Shown here: piece by piece, positions 51,715 through 64,000 of the stretch
Numbering within the stretch: position 1 is the first letter of the stretch
Layout: each line of letters starts with the position of its first letter
Assembly (NCBI GenBank): GCA_032718475.1
Contig: JAUCBJ010004840.1
Span: 1-64,000, forward strand
Direction: 5' to 3'
DNA: 64,000 bases
DNA from: Nemertoderma westbladi
Taxonomy: Eukaryota; Animalia; Xenacoelomorpha
Notes under the pieces: model-generated
Database searches by the model: none
The model's input: only the letters and a program-made list of their open reading frames with translations
Told to the model about the DNA's origin: nothing
Translations under genes and position numbers: made by a program

Positions 51715-52945
51715 GAGACGAGGCGAAAAACCCATGTCCCGGCCGAAGGCCGGGTGGTTTTAACCACTACCTAACACTACCTCTGCCTCGCCTACATAAT
51801 AATTTCATCCAAAATACCAGAAGTGTACGGTGTGGCCGAGATAGGGTATAAGGGAGCATATTGGGGGATTAGTTGTCTAAAAAAAAAATTGGGCCCGATC
51901 CGACTGGTGGTTTTCGAGTTATAAGCGATTTAAAATTAAACAATTTGAATTTCCCGCCAAAATTGACATTTCGTTTTTAGCCAAACTGGCAATACCTGGG
52001 GAAACGGCGATGCTTGGATCGCGTAGGGGGTATATGGTTTACTCCAGCCACATCTTTTTTCTAAGCGATCCGATGCGGGGGGTCTCGATCGGGCCAAGGT
52101 CAAACACGATCTTTTTGATCTTTCGCGAAATACACCTAGAAGGAGTGGGAATTTCGGAAAAGTTACAAACTACAAAATGTTCCTTACCCCCGAATTATGG
52201 TTGACGGACCCAATAAAAAACGGTCTACGGGGCCAACGAAGGTCGCCGATTGGCCGATAATATTTTCGCCTATTACTACGGGAAGGATTCGTTTAAAGTA
52301 AAAACATGTACAAGAGATATGGTCGGGAGGCTCGAGATCTATCCAACGGAAGCGGTCCCAGAATCGTAAATTAAGATGTTCTCGAGTTATGGAGGAAAAT
52401 CAATTAGTCGTTAAAAAATGCAGTAATTAGTAATTAGCGCTAATTAAGAATGATTTATTGATGGAATATCGAAATTAATGCTGCCAATCGATGGGAAACA
52501 ATGAGAGGAGCTCGTCAATTTTTTAAATTTTCAAAAAGACCCAGCGGAAGCTGAGATAAATGGATTTTCGTAAAATCGGGTCCCCGACTGCCAAGTGGAA
52601 TATCAGAGGAGAATCGCGACCTTCAGGAAGTAGGCGATAATATACCAAAAAGGCAAAACGAGTGATATTGATTTAAAATTAGGAACTTTTTGGTCGAAAC
52701 GGGTTCGCTATTGGGTGATATACATAATTTTAGTCAATTTGCCCAAATGGGTCATTTTTATGATCTTTGAGCATGATCAATATGATCTTTGGCCTAAAGC
52801 ATCTAATAAGGTTAATTAAATATTTTATAATAATTAAAATATTATATGCAAAGCATTAGGGGCATTGCCAGATGTACTTTAAATTTTATCTTTTAAATTT
52901 CAAACCCTGGTTCACCCAGCCATGCAATGGCTGGGTGAACCTCCA
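51715..52945. repeat. Probable non-autonomous interspersed repeat (Helitron/Helentron-like hairpins)
   Basis: GC hairpin CCCGGCC-GAA-GGCCGGG at 51738-51754, perfect 15-bp stem GGTTCACCCAGCCAT-GCA-ATGGCTGGGTGAACC at 52909-52941, and GATCCGAC..TTTTCGAGTTATA motifs. Boundaries are uncertain. Confidence 0.35.
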
Positions 52946-54241
52946 AAATATTAAACGGCCTAATTGAAAAAGCCCTTAAATACATTTTAGGGTGGTGGGT
53001 GGGGATGTGGTTAGCTCTTGAGTGTAATTATTGAATTCGACGGAGTTTGTTATAAAAGCATATTGTAAATCGTTATAAATTTCTGGGTTGTAACTAGTAA
53101 TTGGAATGCCTAAAGAATCTTATATTTAAATGTATTAGGGTGCTCACCAGTAGAATGAATACAAGTTCTATATTAAAAAAAATTGTCCAAAAAATACAAG
53201 ATAGCGCCAGCGTTAAAGACGAAAGTATTTTTTCTATTTTCTTAGAATAAAAGTTCAAGATGAAAGCTATTTTATTAGAATAAAAGTTCCATTAATAATA
53301 AAATTGTATAAAAAAAAATAAAAAATTTAAATCAAGTTAAAAATAAAATAGATAGGTTTTTAGGTCAACTGGATTACAAGAGGGAGAAAGAGAACAAGTT
53401 ATCTTTAAGAAGTGGAATATTAATTGTGGAGTAAAGTGTAAAGGATTGCCGTAGGATGGTTGAGCTTTCCTGGGATGTGGGAAGACATATCGTTTTCTCA
53501 CATGTATTGAGGCTATACTCGCGGAATTCTTGCTTGTTTAAATTTTAATTGTAATTTTATAAAGCCATTGAAATGATATATTTGGGAGGCACTTTACTAT
53601 GGATATGGAATAACAACACCCACGCATGTTTGAAACTCATTATAAAATTGGCTTAATCAGGATTCACACGTGCAATAGTGGTATTCCTGAATTCCGTTAG
53701 TGAGTAGCATATATCAGTACTATTATATAGCCCAAGGCCCCAGCTCTCGTACTCTCGTAATGCGTCATTATTTAATATTTTTAAATCGTGTGGGCGAAGC
53801 TAAATAAAATGCCATAATTGTTGTCCTGTAACACGCAGGATTCTGAAATAATTGTCCGCCCCCCAAGTATAGACCCATATTGTAAAAGGAGTCCGACACA
53901 GATTCTCTGTCTGCCGTAAATGTCATGTAGCCGTGTAACCGTGTATCGAGAATTTTTGTCAAAATAAAAGTGCGTTATTCATTTGGACCAGAAAAAAATT
54001 CTGTGTCTCATAGGTAAGTCTTTAACCAATCAGAAACGAGGAAATTTAGTTAGTTGGTCGCCAAAACCGTGTATCTGCACTCATGTGCTATAGTATTTTT
54101 TAGACCAAAACCAAATATGTACTCTTTTTAGGCCAAAACCGTCCATCACCAGGAATGCTGGGTTTTGGGCTGGAAATTGTTTAACTAACTTAAGTGATTA
54201 ATACTAAAACCATGTATCGTTAATATAGTGTAGTACTAACG

Positions 54242-57200
54242 TAGTGGGGTGCGGCTAGTGGTGGCGGCGGCTGTGTGGAACAGGTAGTGGGGTCGGCTAG
54301 TGGTGACGGCTGCGTGGAACAGGTAGTGGGTGCGGCTAGTGGTGGCAGCTGTGTGGAACAGATAGTGGGGTCGGCTAGTGGTGGCGGCTGTATGGAACAG
54401 GTAGTGGGGTCGGACAGTGGTGGCGGCTGTGGGGAACAGGTAGTGGGTGCGGCTAGTGGTGGCAGCTGTGTGGAACAGATAGTGGGGTCGGCTAGTGGTG
54501 GCGGCTGTATGGAACAGGTAGTGGGGTCGGACAGTGGTGGCGGCTGTGGGGAACAGGTAGTGGGTGCGGCTAGTGGTGGCGGCTGTGTGGAACAGGTAGT
54601 GGGTGCGGCTAGTGGTGGCGGCTGTATGGAACAGGTAGTGGGGTCGTATAGTGGTGGCGGCTGTGTGGAACAGGTAGTGGGTGTGGCTAGTGGTGGCGGC
54701 TGTATGGAACAGGTAGTGGGTGCGGCTAGTGGTGGCGGGTTTGTGGAACAGGTATTAGGTGTGGCTAGTGATGGTGGCGGTATGGAATAGGTAGTGGGTG
54801 CGACTAGTGGTGGCGGCTGTGTGGAACAGGTAGTGGGGTTGGATAGTGGTGGCGGCTGTGTGGAACAGGTAGTGGGTGCGGCTAGTGGTGGCGGCTGTAT
54901 GGAACAGGTAGAGGGATCGGATAGTGGTGGCGGCTGTGTGGAACAGATAGTGGGTGCGGCTAGTGGTGGCGGCTGTATGGAACAGGTAGTGGGGTCGGAT
55001 AGTGGTGGCGGGTGTGTGGAACAGGTAGAGGGGTCGGATAGTGGTGGCGGCTGTGTGGAACAGGTAGTGAGTGCGGCTAGTGGTGGCAGCTGTGTGGAAC
55101 AGATAGTGGGGTGTGGCTAGTGGTGGCGGCTGTATGGAACAGGTAGTGGGTGCGGCTAGTGGTGGCGGCTGTATGGAACAGGTAGAGGGGTCGGATAGTG
55201 GTGGCGGGTGTGTGGAACAGGTAGTGGGGTCGGATAGTGGTGGCGGGTGTGTGGAACAGGTAGTGGGTGCGGCTAGTGGTGGCGGGTGTGTGGAACAGGT
55301 AGTGGGGTCGCATAGTGGTGGCGGGTGTGTGGAACAGGTAGTGGGTGCGGCTAGTGGTGGCGGCTGTATGGGACAGGTAGAGGGTGCGGCTATTGGTGGC
55401 GGCTGTATGGAACAGGTAGAGGGGTCGGATAGTGGTGGCGGGTGTGTGGAACAGGTAGTGGGGTCGGATAGTGGTGGCGGGTTTGTGGAACAGGTAGTGG
55501 GTGCGGCTCGTGGTGGCGGGTGTGTGAAACAGGTAGTGGGGTCGGATAGTGGTGGCGGGTGTGTGGTACAGGTAGTGGGTGCGGCTAGTGGTGGCGGGTT
55601 TGTGGAACAGGTAGTGGGTGCGGCTAGTGGTGGCGGGTGTGTGAAACAGGTAGTGGGGTCGGATAGTGGTGGCGGGCGTGTGGAACAGGTAGTGGGGTCG
55701 GATAGTGGTGGCGGCTGCGTGGAACAGGTAGTGGCTGCGGCTAGTGGTGGCGGGTGTGTGGAACAGGTAGTGGGTGCGTCTAGTGGTGGCAGCTGTGTGG
55801 AACAGGTAGTGGGGTCGGATAGTGGTGGCGGGTGTGTGGAACAGGTAGTGGGTGCGGCTAGTGGTGGCGGGTGTGTGGAACAGGTAGTGGGGTCGCATAG
55901 TGGTGGCGGGTGTGTGGAACAGGTAGTGGGTGCGGCTAGTGGTGGCGGGTGTATGGAACATGTAGTGGGTGCGGCTAGTGGTGGCGGGTGTGTGGAACAG
56001 GAAGTGGGGTCGGATAGTGGTGGCGGGTGTGTGGAACAGGTAGTGGGGTCGGATAGTGGTGGCGGCTGTGTGGAACAGGTAGTGGGGTCGGATAGTGGTG
56101 GCGGGTGTGTGGAACAGGTAGTGGGTGGGGCTAGTGGTGGCGGCTGTATGGAACAGGTAGAGGGGTCGGATAGTGGTGGCGGGTGTGTGGAACAGGTAGT
56201 GGGGTCGGATAGTGGTGGCGGGTGTGTGGAACAGGTTGTGGGTGCGGCTAGTGGTGACGGGTTTGTGGAACAGGTAGTGGGTGCGGCTAGTGGTGGCGGG
56301 TGTGTGGAACAGGTAGTGGGTGCGGCTAGTGGTGGCAGCTGTGTGGAACAGGTAGTGGGGTCGGATAGTGGTGGCGGGTGTGTGGAACAGGTAGTGGGTG
56401 CGGCTAGTGTTGGCGGGTGTGTGGAACAAGTAGTGGGGTCGCATAGTGGTGGCGGGTGTGTGGAACAGGTAGTGGGTGCGGCTAGTGGTGGCGGCTGTGT
56501 GGAACAGGTAGTGGGGTCGGATAGTGGTGGCGGCTGTGTGGAACAGGTAGTGGGGTCGGATAGTGGTGGCGGGTGTGTGGAACAGGTAGTGGGGTCGGAT
56601 AGTGGTGGCGGCTGTGTGGAACAGGTAGTGGGGTCGGATAGTGGTGGCGGCTGTGTGGAACAGGTAGTGGGGTCGGATAGTGGTGGCGGCTGTGTGGAAC
56701 AGGTAGTTGGGTCGGATAGTGGTGGCGGGTGTGTGGAACAGGTAGTGGGTGCGGCTAGTGGTGGCGGGTGTGTGGAACAGGTAGTGGGTGCGGCTAGTGG
56801 TGGCGGCTGTGTGGAACAGGTAATGGGTGCGGCTAGTGGTGGCGCGTTTGTGGTACAGGTAGTGGGATCGGATAGTGGTGGCGGCTGTGTGGAACAGGTA
56901 GTGGGGTCGGATAGTGGTGGCGGCTGTATGGAACAGGTAGTGGGGTCGGATAGTGGTGACGGCTGTGTGGAACAGGTAGTGGGGTCGGATAGTGGTGGTG
57001 GCTGTGTGGAATAGGTAGTGGGGTCGGATAGTGGTGACGGCTGTGTGGAACAGGTAGTGGGGTCGGATAGTGGTGGCGGCTGTGTGGAATAGGTAGTGGG
57101 GTCGGATAGTGGTGACGGCTGTGTGGAACAGGTAGTGGGGTCGGATAGTGGTGACGGCTGTGTGGAACAGGTAGTGGGGTCGGATAGTGGTGGCGGCTGT

Positions 57201-57515
57201 ATGGAACAGGTAGTGGGGTCGGATAGTGGTGGCGGCTGTATGGAACAGGTAGTGGGATCGGATAGTGGTGGCGGCTGTGTGGAACAGGTAGTGGGTGCGG
57301 CTAGTAGTGGCGGGTGTGTGGAACAGGTAGTGGGGTCGGATAGTGGTAGCGGCTGTGTGGAACAGGTATTGGGGTCGGATAGTGGTGGCGGCTGTATGGA
57401 AAGGTAGTGGGATCGGATAGTGGTGGCGGCTGTGTGGAACAGGTAGTGGGGTCGGATAGTGGTGGCGGCTGTATGGAACAGGTAGTGGGGTCGGATAGTG
57501 GTGGCGGGTGTGTGA
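54242..57515. repeat. 39-bp G-rich tandem array
   Basis: Unit GTGGAACAGGTAGTGGGGTCGGATAGTGGTGGCGGCTGT, with a GGTGCGGCT variant. Confidence 0.97.
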
Positions 57516-57554
57516 AACAATCCCGCCACGTAAGCGTGAACCTTAGAAGTAATC

Positions 57555-58762
57555 CTAATAATAAGAAACTCGGCCAATTCATCAATTGGTGGAGTAGGAA
57601 TTATGCTAAGCCCATTTGCACTTAAGACCTTAAACAACATCGAATCTATAAATTCCAGGGTTATGATCGCAACATTTGATGGGAATCCCAAGACAACAGT
57701 AATATGTTGCTACAGTCCAACCAATGCCTGGGAGCTTGAACAAGCAGTCAAGTTTTATGAACGACATTCCGATTCTGACTGGACTTATAAAGGACATTCC
57801 AAAACACAATGTTAAAGTCATTGCTGGTGACCTGAATGCGCAAATTGGCCCAGAAGACATCACAGGTGTTATACCTATAAACACCAGTTCTAACAGAAAT
57901 TGGTACTTACCTTTAGACCTATTGGAAGAATGTGAATTGATACCAACATACAACACATTCGAAACGAGCAAGGGGAAGCTATGGACCTTTCAATACCCTA
58001 ATGGAACCAAAGCGCGACTGGATTACATCCTTATAAACAAAAAGTGGAGAAACAGCATGATCAACTGCGAGGCATACAGCTCGTTCAACCTAATTGGTTC
58101 GGACCACAGAATTGTAACTGCAGAGATCGGACTCAGTTTGAGAGCCAGCAAACCCAGGACAAGCAAGAAAATCAACTATGACTGGGAGAAACTCAGAACT
58201 GACAATGCTGTAAAGGATGCTTACACAGTAGAAGTTCAAAACCGCTTTGAAGCACTTCAGTCAATGGATGATGACCAGACCAGTCCACCGATTCAATATA
58301 CCATAATATAATAAAAGCCCACAAGGAATCAGCTAAGAGGCATATCCCCCAGAAACCCAAACGAAACAGTATGTGCCATGGCAAAACTCTGAGGTTACTT
58401 GTAAGAGAGAAGATCTTAAGATAGCCTACAAAGTAAAAACCGAACAACCAACAACCGAAATCATTAATAAGGTTGAGAAAGCTAAGGACGATATTAAATT
58501 GGCCTACAACATCAGCCAGGAAAAGTACATACAGGATAAAACTGAAGCAATTACAACTGCTCACATACAGCAACAATCAAGACTTACCTGGCAAACTGTA
58601 AATGAGGTATCTGGTCGGAAAAGTTGTGCAAAGGGGCACTCAAAGCCGATAGTCCCGAAGAACATGTTGGGAAGTGGAAAAATCACTTCAGCGACTTGCT
58701 TGGGCGGCCACCAAACATCGAGGGCAGCCCTACAAGGAAAATATATGACAAGACACTACCTA
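57555..58762 (+). mobile_element. RTE-clade LINE, 5' part (APE endonuclease + linker), degenerate
   Basis: GGVGIMLSP...VICCYSPTN, IAGDLNAQIG, WTFQYPNG.KARLDYIL, GSDHRIV, with several frameshifts. Confidence 0.9.
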
Positions 58763-61700
58763 GGGGTCGACTACCGAGGGGGCACCGGTACGATTAATTC
58801 GGCTACTCTACTTGCGTCACAGTCCCCCTCCTCCCGAGGGGGCACCGGTTCGATTAATTCGGCAACACTAACTGCGTCACAGCCCCCCTCTCCCCGAGGG
58901 GGCACCGGTTTAATTAATTCAGCAACACTAATTGCGTCACAGCCCCCCTCCTCTCGAGGGGGCACCGGTTTAATTAATTCAGCAACACTAATTGCGTCAC
59001 AGCCCCCCTCCTCCCGAGGGGACACCGGTTCGATTAATTCGGCAACACTAACTGCGTCACAGCCCCCCTCTCCCCGAGGGGGCACCGGTTTAATTAATTC
59101 AGCAACACTAATTGCGTCACAGCCCCCCTCCTCCCGAGGGGTCACTGGTTCGATTAATTCGGCAACTCTAATTGCGTCACAGCCCCCCTCCTCTCGAGGG
59201 GGCACCGGTTTGATTAATTCGGCAACACTAATTGCGTCATAGCCCCCCTCCTCCCGAGGGGGCACCGGTTCGCTTAATTCGGCAACTCTAATTGCGTCAC
59301 AGCCCCTCTCCTCCCGAGGGGGCACCGGTGGTTTGATTATTTCGGCAACACTAATTGCGTCACAGCCCCCCTCCTCCCGAGGGGGCACCGGTTTGATTAA
59401 TTCAGCAACTCTGATTGCGTCACAGCCCCCCTCCTCTCGAGGGGGCACCGGTTCGATTAATTCGGCAACACTAATTGCGTCACAGCCCCCCTCCTCCCGA
59501 GGGGGCACCGGTTTAATTAATTCGGCAACACTAACTGCGTCACAGCCCCCCTCTCCCCGAGGGGGCACCGGTTTAATTAATTCAGCAACACTAATTGCGT
59601 CACAGCCCCCCTCATCTCGAGGGGGCACCGGTTCGATTAATTCGGCAACACTAACTGCGTCACAGCCCCCCTCCTCTCGAGGGGGCACCGGTTCGATTAA
59701 TTCGGCAACACTAATTGCGTCACAGCCCCCCTCCTCTCGAGGGGGCACCGGTTCGATTAATTCGGCAACACTAACTGCGTCACAGCCCCCCTCCTCTCGA
59801 GGGGGCACCGGTTCGATTAATTCGGCAACACTAATTGCGTCACAGCCCCCCTCCTCTCGAGGGGGCACCGGTTCGATTAATTCGGCAACACTAATTGCGT
59901 CACAGCCCCCCTCCCCCCAAGAAGGCGTCGGTTCTACTAACCTTCCCACTGAGTGGTTGTCGCTACCATTTATTTTAAACAACAATGTCAATGGGCTTCA
60001 AGGTAAACACGTTATTTTGTGTGAATTAGTTGTACTATACAATAATGTGACTGTGGTTACAATACAAGAATCCAAACTGCAGAATGATGTATCAGATGGT
60101 AGTATTGAACTGGATAATTTCTATCTCTTTCGGCATGATAGAGATCTATCAAAATTTGAGGAGAACGGTGGTGGTGGTCTGGTTACATATGTGAGCAAAC
60201 TATGGTGTAATACCAGACCTACCATGGTTACTCCGTTTCATCACCTAATATAGAAGCGTTTGGTGTAGTATGTCGTCCAAGATATCTTCCATCACAGTAT
60301 AGCTGTATCATCATTAGCAATATTTACATACGGCCTAAGGCAAATCGAGCTATTTCGAGAAAAGAACTTCGTAAAATGATGAGCTCGATCATGGTTTCGA
60401 ATCCTAGCGGCTTTTTTAATTGTGATTGGAGATGTCCACCAGCCGAAATTGAACTACTTAGACTCCCTTAATCTAGTGAATATGATTGATGAACCCACTT
60501 TCACTTTCACTCGCTCAGAATCTCAGTTGGATGTCGCTTACGTCACTGCAGCATCCCCTTACAAATGTTTAATAATTTCTCCTATTGGTAACTCAGACCA
60601 TGGCCATAAGACTATTATACTTAATTAAGCCTAAAATTGACTGTAGGAATATCTATAAACCAAAATCATGTTACAAAAGAGTTCAGGTTTTTAGTTCGGA
60701 CAAAGTTGCTGAAGTGCGACAAGTGTTTCAAGAGACAGACTGGAATATTTTCTATGATGAAACCCAGAGTCTAGATGAAAATGTAGAAACAACTGAAAGT
60801 TACATAAAGTATGTAATTGATCGACACTTACCCTCGACAAAGATTAAAACCAGGAAGTTTAATATGCGGCGGACGATCAAGGGTATTATGGAACTAATGG
60901 AAGAAAAAAGGCTATTGTGAATAGAGATAATGCCAAGCGAAATGAGTGCCAGAGAAAGATTAATAAATTAATATTTAACAAACGTCAATCAGATTTTAGC
61001 AGTATGTCAAAAGATCAACTATATAAGCTATCAAGCAACTGCCTCAAGAACAAACATAAAATTCATACATTTGATGCGAAAGAAGTTGAGAGTTTAAATG
61101 AGTTCTTTACTAGGTTTAATGAAGACGTGGACAAAGATGAACCAACGTACAAAGGAGTTAGCTATGAGAATAACGTGAAAGTCATTGAGCCTCTTGAAGT
61201 TGAACATCAAATCCGTAAATTGAAATCAAATACTGCCCAAGGAAGTAGCATTATATCATCGACTTGCTATAAAACATTCGCTAAGGAACTTTCAATACCA
61301 TATGCCTCCCTGTCTAATGGCAGCTTTCAACTCCAAAAATATCCTCAAAATTGGAACTCTGCGCTAACATCTGCTTTACCCAAAAGACACAACTCATCTA
61401 TCTCAGATAAAACGAGTTTCAGGCCTGTATGTGTTACTCCACTAAGCTCAAGGATCCTCGACAGGATTGCACTAGGAATTTTCCGTTCTGCAACAGTAGA
61501 TAGCGATGACATCTTCCAATTTGCGTACAAAAAGGATTATTCAACTGCGGATGCAGTGCTTTATTTATTACACCAAATTACGGGAGCACTAGACAAAAGG
61601 CACACAATCGTAAAATGCCTATTCATAGATTACTCCTCTGCTTTTAATACTGTACTGCAGAACAGATTCTTGAACAAACTGTTAGACGAACTGCCTACAG

Positions 61701-62815
61701 ATATGCGCTGGTTGGTGACTTGGTTACAGTCTTATATGAGTAACTTCTCTCAATGCGTTAAATCTGGTAGAATTATATCTCCTACAATAACTCTAAAAGT
61801 TGGATTTCCTCAAGGTGGTCCTCTAAGCGGTCCATTGTTTACGAAAGATACAGATGAAATTAGAGAAGAAGATGGTTCCCTTGCCAAGTATTCCGACGAT
61901 TCTCGTTGCTTGTACTCTATTAGTTGCTCAAAAGATAATGATAAATATGAGCTAAGTATTAAGAAAATTGTAGATTTGTCATTAAAGAAAAACTTGAAGC
62001 TGAACACAAAGAAGTCTGAGGAACTGTGCTTCATTCCAATAAATTTCAAAGACTCTAAAATCGTAGATATTGCAGAGGAAAGGATTACAATTGGGGGTAA
62101 TGTCGTACCACGACCAGCTGTGGTGAAACATCTGGGAGTGTGGATATCAGATAATATGTCATGGAAAATCCATGTCTCTAACTTAATAAAAAAAGTTAAC
62201 TACATAGTCCGCCAGTTCAGCTTCTTCATTCGGTTTGCGAGTAAAAAGACTAAAATATTTATATTCCAAACGTACATTGCACCACACTATTTGTACTGTT
62301 CTGTGGCTTGGGTCCCTCTTACACCATCCAGTCTAAGAAAGAAGCTGCGTAAACCAATATCACTGTACGCAAGGCACTCTAAGATAGATAAACATGTGTA
62401 CTTAAAATATATTAATGACGCATTCTCCACTCAATTTGTCAACATGGTTAACAAGATTGTGGCCACACCCCGACACCCCTTACATGATTTTATCATGGCC
62501 TCCAAGTCAACGTCCACCTCAACTCGCAGCAAATACACAATGCCAAACGTTCGTACGAAATTATTTCAGAACTCATTTGCACCTATGGCCATACGATACC
62601 TTATTAGTAATGAGATGCCGTTATTTTTCGACTGAGTTAATGTCCAATGTTTATTATTTAATTTCTTATATCATCTATACTTAATGTAATTTTATTTAAT
62701 TTGTCAAAGACTTTATACTTATTACTTACTTACTTATTTAGCATGTTTTAATGATGCATTTGGTTTTACTATTCCCATTTACATTTTATCTATGTACAGG
62801 AATTAAAACAATATA
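58763..62815 (+). mobile_element. Rex1/Babar (CR1-group)-like LINE nested in the RTE element; tail continues at 63675-63695
   Basis: Frameshifted APE (TIQES, GGGLVTYV..LWC, CRPRYLP, SQLDVAY, IGNSDH). The open RT at 60917-62635 has FAYKK..STADA, LFIDYSSAFNTV, GFPQGGPLS, KYSDD and KHLGVWI. It has an AT-rich 3' end, and CTA is duplicated at both junctions. Confidence 0.88.
58775..59920 (+). repeat. 60-bp tandem array (~19 copies) forming the 5' end of the Rex/Babar-like LINE
   Basis: Unit CGAGGGGGCACCGGTTCGATTAATTCGGCAACACTAATTGCGTCACAGCCCCCCTCCTCT lies inside the insertion boundaries. Confidence 0.93.
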
Positions 62816-63674
62816 CACCATGACCCGTAATATAGTGTCATTTTCCGATGACACGGACCCCCCCCCCCCCAAATTTTTCTACAAATCTTTATCATATTGT
62901 TTGAAATTTGAAACACCACTATTTCAACTCGCCGTGGTTGTTACCATGAAGCCGGAATTTCCGATTTCGCCTTTAAATTTTATTTATAAGCGTTTTAAAA
63001 AAGTGTCTTTTGCGAAATCGCACCCTCTGTATCATTGCCATTCTTCACTTTAGTCGTAATTTTTTCACATCAATAGAAAGCTTGCGTTGCAAGGATTCCA
63101 AATATGTAACAATATCTGAATTTCATTGAGAAACAGCTGAGAAATAGGCGTTCAAATATTGCCAGAATTATTGTTCGCTGCAAGCCATTTATTCTATTTT
63201 ATTATTTATTCTACAGCGGTATGCCTATACAATATCTATATTGCGTAGCTAATCATACATAAACAAATTGTTCCAGAATATTGTGTATTTATTAAATAGA
63301 ATAAATGGCTTGCAGCGAACAACAATTCTTGTAATCTTTGAACGCCTATTTCTCAGCTGTTTCTCAATGAAATTCAGATATTGTTACATATTTGGAATCC
63401 TTGCAAGGCAAGCTTTCTATTGATGTGAAAAAATTACGACTAAAGTGAAGAATGGCAATGATACAGAGGGTGCGATTTCGCAAAAGACACTTTTTTAAAA
63501 CGCTTATAAATAAAATTTAAAGGCGAAATAGAAAATTCCGGCTTCATGGTAACCACGGTGAGTTGAACTAGTTGTGTTTCAAATTTCAAACAATATGATA
63601 AAGATTTGTAGAAAAATCTGGGGGGGGGGGGGTCCCTGTCATCAGAAAATGACACTATATTACGGGTCATGGTG
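62816..63674. mobile_element. Fold-back MITE with ~380-bp inverted arms and a TA TSD, inserted in the LINE 3' tail
   Basis: TA|CACCATGACCCGTAATATAGTG ... CACTATATTACGGGTCATGGTG|TA. The ORF track shows mirror-image peptides at 62751+ and 63440-. Confidence 0.92.
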
Positions 63675-63695
63675 TAATACAATATATATAATATA

Positions 63696-64000
63696 CTATA
63701 GAGACAGGGGACTTCACACCTGCCGAACTCCGAAGGAGCATTAAAAGCATGTCCAATAATAAAGCGAGTGGATTAGATGAAATCCCAGCGGAGGTATGGG
63801 AAACAGTTTGTGGGCTTCAAGAAGGCATTCGACTCCATCCATAGAGGCAAAATGCTTGAATTCCTAAGAGCTTATGGAATACCAGAAGTAATTGTTGCTG
63901 GCATTGGATTGTTATATTGTGACACAGAAGCACAGGTACTCTCACCAGATGGTTAAACTGAGTTTTTCTCAACCCTGGCTGGCGTACTGCAAGGTGACAA
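63696..64000 (+). mobile_element. Continuation of the same RTE LINE (RT region, internally deleted); runs off the window
   Basis: Joining 58762 to 63699 restores IYDKTLP-IETGDFTPAELRRSIKSMSNNKASGLDEIPAEVW, followed by FKKAFDSIHRGKM...AYGIP and GVLQGD. Confidence 0.88.

Noticed and set aside
54242-57515. CAG|GTAGTG in each 39-bp unit as a fourth splice-donor array
   Set aside because: No upstream exon or host gene was identified and the match to the donor consensus is weak.
54275-57691. 978-aa mucin-like and 633-aa Gly-rich ORFs
   Set aside because: They are by-products of a 39-bp unit that is open on both strands. The start lies in antisense LINE sequence, and single-base indels and stops occur in the array.
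62751-63682. Pair of similar ORFs on opposite strands
   Set aside because: They are mirror images produced by the MITE's long inverted arms, with no transposase motifs.

Overview
Eukaryotic (metazoan, probably invertebrate) genomic DNA. It is AT-rich, has GT-AG introns, and roughly half of it is tandem arrays and transposons. Three spliced genes can be rebuilt by hand with consistent reading phase. (1) NPEPL1, an M17 aminopeptidase-like gene on the minus strand: 5 exons at 7605->~3295, with the 3' end probably left of the window. (2) An unnamed 5-exon minus-strand gene (35750->25802, ~286 aa) encoding a basic RS/SP-repeat protein with one C-terminal transmembrane helix. (3) A 4-exon plus-strand SDS22-type LRR gene (39681->43474, ~625 aa). 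There is also an intronless, frameshifted RING/zf-TRAF (NRDP1/RNF41-like) copy. Mobile DNA includes a young gag-only BEL/Pao LTR element with apparently identical LTRs, a nested RTE > Rex/Babar > MITE stack, an RTE-X fragment, a SINE and several MITEs with readable TSDs. The most striking pattern is that all three intron-containing genes have one 5' splice junction (exon end + GT donor) amplified into a tandem array: ~40 x 42 bp, ~100 x 53 bp and ~17 x 22 bp. These introns are packed with duplicate donors that would be non-productive if used. Copy numbers are estimates from length/unit size; no database searches were run.
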